The notes under the pieces are model-generated. The model made no database searches, was not told where the DNA came from, and saw only the letters and a list, made by a program, of their open reading frames with translations. The position numbers were made by a program, and so were the translations under genes. A stretch of DNA of 52,514 bases. Origin: a virus (Duplodnaviria > Caudoviricetes). Below, piece by piece: positions 47,658 to 52,514 of the stretch (its first letter is position 1; each line of letters starts with the position of its first letter). The stretch covers positions 1-52,514 of the IMG/VR virus record IMGVR_UViG_3300023174_000228; one strand, written 5' to 3'.

Positions 47658-48413
47658 TCAGGGAATTTTGAAATTTTGTCCGGTGAAAGGATCCCGGATG
47701 GTTTGACCACTTTGGATACCTGGACTCTTTTTGCTGAAAACAAAATCACTGAAAGGACTTTTCACCATTCCATTAGCATCTTCAATTCCTGATGGCATGC
47801 CTCCACCTTTTTGAGCGCTAAATTCCAGTCCACCCTCCACATCTTTTTCAGATCCTCGCACCGTTTCAATTTCATTTCCCAACGAAGGACCCTTTTCCCT
47901 GGCAGTTCCTTTTTCATTTCCACCAAAATCACTTCCTTTTCCATAAGCAGAAGGTGTTTGTTGCTGAACTTGTTGAGGTGATTGTTGTTTTCCCTTGGGT
48001 CCGCTAAAATAATTAGCCAATGCTCCGCCTGCAACAAGACCAACTCCTGCTCCTATTTTTCCTGCATCACTTCCTTTGCTGACACTTTTTCCTATTTGAC
48101 TGCCTGCCAATGCACCGCCCAACATTCCTGCCACAGTTGCTGTGGGTTGACCTGTTCCGGCTCGCCATCCAAAAGGAGTTTCCGCTTGTGCTTTGCTGGC
48201 ACCGCCCAGTGCAGCTGCGCCCAATGCAATAGCCGGTATGGTTTTCTTTAATGCACCTTTGGCTATTTTTTTAAGCTTATCCAATCCGCCTTCATTCAGC
48301 ATATTGGTTATGTCATCTTGGGTATATCCCAGATTATTCAATTGCAATTTAACCAGCTCTAGTTCAATTGCTTCATTATAAGCCCTGCAAACAACATGAT
48401 TGTTATATTCCAT
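47658..48413 (-). CDS. Glycine-zipper-containing late protein
   Basis: AGMLGGALAGSQIG...GAGVGLVAGGALAN; TATAAATA-N5-ATG. Confidence 0.8.
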   Translation of the reverse strand: MEYNNHVVCRAYNEAIELELVKLQLNNLGYTQDDITNMLNEGGLDKLKKIAKGALKKTIPAIALGAAALGGASKAQAETPFGWRAGTGQPTATVAGMLGGALAGSQIGKSVSKGSDAGKIGAGVGLVAGGALANYFSGPKGKQQSPQQVQQQTPSAYGKGSDFGGNEKGTAREKGPSLGNEIETVRGSEKDVEGGLEFSAQKGGGMPSGIEDANGMVKSPFSDFVFSKKSPGIQSGQTIRDPFTGQNFKIP

Positions 48414-48480
48414 AATTGTATTTATACTATATATTTATATTAAAAATATAGCTTTTTAAATCTTCTTGCTAAGTAAATTT

Positions 48481-48675
48481 ATGAAAATAACCATGGAAAC
48501 TAACTTTGTTAAGGATGGCAAAAAAGCATCAACTCTGAGTGTGACACTGGATCATGATCAGATTGTTAATATTGAAAAAACACAAGGAGTAGATGCTGCT
48601 AATCTAGCTATTGACAAGTTCTTGCATCGTTTCAGCAACGATATAAAGACAAAACTTGTTAGTATTTTAAGTTAA
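48481..48675 (+). CDS. Hypothetical protein
   Basis: TAAGTA-N5-ATG. Confidence 0.7.
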   Translation: MKITMETNFVKDGKKASTLSVTLDHDQIVNIEKTQGVDAANLAIDKFLHRFSNDIKTKLVSILS

Positions 48676-48692
48676 ATTTGCTAAATAATCAT

Positions 48693-49301
48693 ATGAATCG
48701 GGATGTTCATATGATTTTTGAAAATTATATGGCTGCAAAGCCATCTGAAAAAGCTCATCCTTATCACGGCCCATTAACAGATTTGGGAGGTGGATATTAC
48801 TGGGCAGCTGAGAAAGATGGTGATACTGATGATAGATGGTATAACTTTTTTCTACTCAAAGGAGTAGATGCTGCTAATAATCTTTACAAAACCATATCTT
48901 CATTTATTAAAGTCAGAGATTATGATTTGGATTTGGTTGGGGATGAATCTGATCGTATTAAAGCTTGGTTAAAGAAAAATAAGGGTATTGATTTGGATAG
49001 TGAAAAAATAGAAGCTAATGATGAAGATGCCGAAGATTATGTTGCAGGAATGAAAATGCCACAATTTATTGAAAGAGTTTTGATTATTGCAGGAAACAGC
49101 AGCATCAGTCCTCAAGACAAACTTCGGCGCATATTAAAAATGAGCTTCAATGCCAAAAGGGATTTAGAAGGTCATGAGGATGAGGAACATAATGATGCAA
49201 ATGAAAAAGGTGAACTGTTGAAGGGTATGATAAAACAGGGAATGATACCCAAAGGAAGTACCGGAGCCAGTCATTACGGCGGAACTCGCGAAAAAAAATA
49301 A
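48693..49301 (+). CDS. Hypothetical late protein
   Basis: TAAATA-N5-ATG; leader MNRDVHMIFENY. Confidence 0.8.
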   Translation: MNRDVHMIFENYMAAKPSEKAHPYHGPLTDLGGGYYWAAEKDGDTDDRWYNFFLLKGVDAANNLYKTISSFIKVRDYDLDLVGDESDRIKAWLKKNKGIDLDSEKIEANDEDAEDYVAGMKMPQFIERVLIIAGNSSISPQDKLRRILKMSFNAKRDLEGHEDEEHNDANEKGELLKGMIKQGMIPKGSTGASHYGGTREKK

Positions 49302-49350
49302 TATATATAAAAACATTTGACAAGCCATGGACTGCATTTACCATGGACTC

Positions 49351-49533
49351 ATGAATAACTTTAAATATCCAATGCTGTTCAGCAATGTGCATTTTGTTTA
49401 TTTCATGTTTGCCTTGATTCTTTGTGGTTATTACAAATATTCAGAATATCAAGTGCAAAAGATGGAGAGACAAGCAGTTCAGCGGGGATATGCTGTTTAT
49501 GACAATCAAACAGGTGAATGGAGATGGAAATGA
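49351..49533 (+). CDS. Small membrane protein
   Basis: TTGACA-N16-TACCAT-N6-ATG; TM segment then AVQRGYA.YD..TGEWRW. Confidence 0.7.
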   Translation: MNNFKYPMLFSNVHFVYFMFALILCGYYKYSEYQVQKMERQAVQRGYAVYDNQTGEWRWK

Positions 49534-49706
49534 AGTTGTTTTTCAGCAGAGTTTTATATTTTATTGGAGACCTGATTAGCCGTACCATCATGCGTTGGGG
49601 TGATGGATATGGTTATCCAATTTACAATAAAATTATGCTTTGGAGTGTGAATCTGGACAAGCATTCTAGAGTTTGGAAAAAAGTAAAATCCAAAAAACGA
49701 AAATGA
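49530..49706 (+). CDS. Hypothetical protein
   Basis: ATGA-coupled small ORF. Confidence 0.6.
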   Translation: MKLFFSRVLYFIGDLISRTIMRWGDGYGYPIYNKIMLWSVNLDKHSRVWKKVKSKKRK

Positions 49707-50200
49707 ACGAACAGGAAATTCAACAAAAAATAAAAGATATGTTGGAAAGAAACAACATCAAGATTGTTCACATATCATTGTTCGAAAAGCTGATGAATTG
49801 GTATGTGCTGGATTTCTTCAAAAGGGTAAAATATTTCTTTCAGGAACATGTGAATGGATACAATGAAACTGATCCTTGGAACGTGGCATGGTATATTGCA
49901 CGAAAAGCTTTGCCTCCTTTAAAACATATGCGCAACAACTTTCATGGCACCAGCATTCGTTATCACAAAGATAAAAAAGATGGAACTGTTGTTGAATTGA
50001 ATAATCCTGTTCCTGGACCAAATTTAGAATCATTAACCGAACAGGAATGGCGAGATGTGTTGGATGATATTATATTTGCTTTTGAATATCAAATAAAAAG
50101 TGATCATCCAGATTTTGATTATAAAGATAATAGAGGAATGAAACGTCAAAAACGAGGATTGAAACTTTTCAGCATTTATTATAATAATCTTTGGGATTGA
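49703..50200 (+). CDS. Conserved phage protein
   Basis: W..VLD.IIFAFE...GL.LF..YY..LWD pattern. Confidence 0.8.
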   Translation: MNEQEIQQKIKDMLERNNIKIVHISLFEKLMNWYVLDFFKRVKYFFQEHVNGYNETDPWNVAWYIARKALPPLKHMRNNFHGTSIRYHKDKKDGTVVELNNPVPGPNLESLTEQEWRDVLDDIIFAFEYQIKSDHPDFDYKDNRGMKRQKRGLKLFSIYYNNLWD

Positions 50201-50655
50201 CCATAAAGTATCAGTTTGCAAAAAACAAGTAATCAAACTGCTACAGCGGTTTTTACATTATTATTGTTTTTAAAATATTTTTTAAAAAAAGCAACAAGCT
50301 TTGAAAGCACATTCCACATAAAAATCCTATAAAAATTAACGCAAGACCCACACTGCAATCATTAACAAATGTTTTAATAGCTAGATTAAACCATCTTTTC
50401 ATTAAGTTTTAATATTTACTGCATATTAAACCATTATATATAGTAAAAAAAATATATAAATATATTTTGTTCTGTAAAAATAACCCAGTTGATTTTCAAC
50501 ATTCAAATGTTAATATAAAAAAATGATTGCACTAAGCATTGATACTTTGTTTGCAGGCATAGTACCATTCTTCTTTATTTGTTTTGGATTGATATGGATG
50601 GCATTTAAAATCATAGACTTTTTTAAAAAGTAAAAAGAAACAGGAACAGGAACTG

Positions 50656-51219
50656 GTGAAAGTTGTTCAGATTGGAACAGGATGTGCCTGGGATGATCTC
50701 TCAGATATTATAAAAGATCAACAACCTGAAATACTGATTCTTGTGGAACCTTTAAGGGTACACAACACCAGCATAAGAGAATGTTATAAACATGTAAAAA
50801 ACAAACATGTGCTGAATTTGGCAATATCAACAGGGCAGGAGCAAACCATAACATTTTATCATCATTTGGATGATGGTCCCCTGTTTGAAGTGGCAGGAAC
50901 AAGCAAAGAGCACATCATCAAACATGGCCTTGATCCCGACCGGATCTTGCAAAGCAACGTGGAATCAATTCGAATCAATCAGCTTCTCGAAAAATACAAT
51001 TTAAATCTGCTAGACATTCTTTATATTGATGCTGAAGGAATGGATGACGATATTATAAAAGATCTGGATTTAGGCAAATATCTTGTCAGAAAGATATATT
51101 TTGAAAATCTACATTTGAAAAACCATGACATCTATGATTTTTTAGAAAACAAAGGATATGAAATAACACAGTTTACTGGCAAAAATGGTTGGACCAGCAT
51201 GGCAGAAAAAAAGATATAA
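50656..51219 (+). CDS. FkbM-family methyltransferase
   Basis: VQIG, LVEP, NLAIS, IDAEGMD, FEN.H. Confidence 0.8.
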   Translation: MKVVQIGTGCAWDDLSDIIKDQQPEILILVEPLRVHNTSIRECYKHVKNKHVLNLAISTGQEQTITFYHHLDDGPLFEVAGTSKEHIIKHGLDPDRILQSNVESIRINQLLEKYNLNLLDILYIDAEGMDDDIIKDLDLGKYLVRKIYFENLHLKNHDIYDFLENKGYEITQFTGKNGWTSMAEKKI

Positions 51220-51229
51220 TATTCATTTT

Positions 51230-51430
51230 ATGAACCAGGCAGAGATTTATTGCCTTAAAAAAAGCAACAATCGTAAAATCAGAATCATAAGATCGTTAAT
51301 GACCGGATTCTTTGTTACACTAGCCTTGGAACTTTTATTGTTGTGCATGGTACAACTGCCAAAAATGAAACAATCCCATCCTTCTTCTTCACCCCCAGTA
51401 AAAATAATCAAAAAGAACAAAAAACGTTGA
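51230..51430 (+). CDS. Small membrane protein
   Basis: One TM segment, basic tail. Confidence 0.45.
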   Translation: MNQAEIYCLKKSNNRKIRIIRSLMTGFFVTLALELLLLCMVQLPKMKQSHPSSSPPVKIIKKNKKR

Positions 51431-51598
51431 AAAAGCAAGTGAATATATTAAAATGAGCCTGAAAACATATGTTATACACGGTAAAAGTGGAAAAGAACTG
51501 TGAAAGCACCATAACTGTGCAGGCAGATAACGAGGATCAAGCAAAAGAACTGGCAGAGAAACTTAAGCATCATATGCAATTATTTTGGAAATAATAAT

Positions 51599-51931
51599 AT
51601 GAATGATAATAAAATAGTGTTTAAAAGGGAGATGTTTAATGAACTGAAAAGCAGTCGGGGTGGATGGAATCGTAAACAACTAGAGGCGTTGGGAGTGCCT
51701 TGGCCATTGAAGGCAGGATGGGCCCAGCGATTGATTGGTCAAACCTTTACCCAGGAACAACTGATAAATGCAAAAAATGCAGGCAACTATGATAAGAAAA
51801 AACCAATTCTTTTAGAAATGATAAAACAAGGAGGAGATGAACAAATGTATAAACGAATGCAAGATATGGAACAAAGATTAAAAAACCTGGAACGTTTGAT
51901 GATTTTGCAAATAAAAGAAAAAAATATATAA
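51599..51931 (+). CDS. Hypothetical phage protein
   Basis: RGGWNRKQLEALGVPWP..AGW motif. Confidence 0.75.
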   Translation: MNDNKIVFKREMFNELKSSRGGWNRKQLEALGVPWPLKAGWAQRLIGQTFTQEQLINAKNAGNYDKKKPILLEMIKQGGDEQMYKRMQDMEQRLKNLERLMILQIKEKNI

Positions 51932-51939
51932 GGGAAAAA

Positions 51940-52140
51940 ATGATATTTAAAATAGTTGAAGATTTTAAAAAGAATACCTGCCAGTTCAATGTGTTGAGTG
52001 GATATGATGCAGATGATATTGCATGGGAAACCCTCAAATCTTTCAGATCATATCCTGAAGCAGATGATCTTGTTGCATCTTTATTGGAACAATATCGTCA
52101 GACTTTTTACAATAAATTATTGAAAAAAGAAGCAAAATAA
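51940..52140 (+). CDS. Hypothetical protein
   Basis: 66-aa ORF. Confidence 0.6.
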   Translation: MIFKIVEDFKKNTCQFNVLSGYDADDIAWETLKSFRSYPEADDLVASLLEQYRQTFYNKLLKKEAK

Positions 52141-52307
52141 GAAAGAATTGTTGCCAGAATAGGCAAAAAGAGGGTCTTAAAAATGAAAATATACAAATCC
52201 TATAGAGAGGATATGGTTTGTTTAATGGTTTAATAGGGGAAAGACATTACATTGTACATACAGATGGAAAAAATAATAGATAAGATAATAGATAATAGAT
52301 CTAGATG

Positions 52308-52389
52308 TTCTAGGGATTCTAGGGATTCTAGGGATTTTATAAATATATAGGGGTTCTGGGGATTCTAGGGGTTCTAGAGGTTCTAGAGG
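52308..52389 (+). repeat. Non-coding 9-bp tandem repeats (TTCTRGRGR x3 + x4) around an AT-rich core
   Basis: ttctaggga x3, then ttttataaatatatagggg, then ttctgggga ttctagggg ttctagagg ttctagagg. Confidence 0.85.
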
Positions 52390-52514
52390 AATTATTTACA
52401 AAATATTCTACAAATACTGGCCCATCCGCACTTTCGCGATGTTTTTTTATTTTAAATTTCCTATTATTTTTTTTATATATTTATTTTGATAATAATTCTA
52501 TATATTTTCAAAAT

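Noticed and set aside
1-52514. Stop-codon reassignment
   Set aside because: Conserved genes (portal, gmd, rmlB, purA, guaC) are full length in the standard code, and TAA, TGA and TAG all end genes
1-52514. tRNA, rRNA, introns or inteins
   Set aside because: No cloverleaf or T-loop in the intergenic gaps by eye, and no interrupted or oversized conserved gene; tRNAscan-SE/Infernal would be needed to exclude them fully

Overview
An AT-rich, gene-dense 52.5 kb segment of a large T4-like tailed phage, read in the standard genetic code. Hallmark genes are the gp20-type portal, gp15 tail completion protein, gp62-like clamp-loader subunit and a GroES/gp31-like co-chaperonin. Two small genes resemble proteins I recall from Verrucomicrobia, a tentative host hint. 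The window also holds three Ser/Thr/Asn-rich fibre-like proteins with W/Y repeats and a ~12.5 kb glycan cluster (glycosyltransferases, wecB, gmd, rmlC/D-like, aminotransferase, acetyltransferase), with rmlB, a GT17 and an FkbM gene elsewhere. Nucleotide and repair genes include dCMP deaminase, GMP reductase, PurA, a second deaminase, UvsE and nucleases. The most notable observations are: (1) an LCIB/theta-type carbonic-anhydrase-like domain fused to a virion-type N-terminus directly after the portal gene; (2) unrelated late proteins sharing capsid-targeting-like N-terminal leaders; (3) pervasive leaderless promoter architecture (TAAATA-N5/6-ATG, and -10 box-N5/6-ATG); (4) a one-gene cassette bounded by a perfect 32-bp direct repeat; (5) a G->A / C->T nucleotide-rebalancing gene set. 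All family assignments come from motif recognition by eye; no searches were run.
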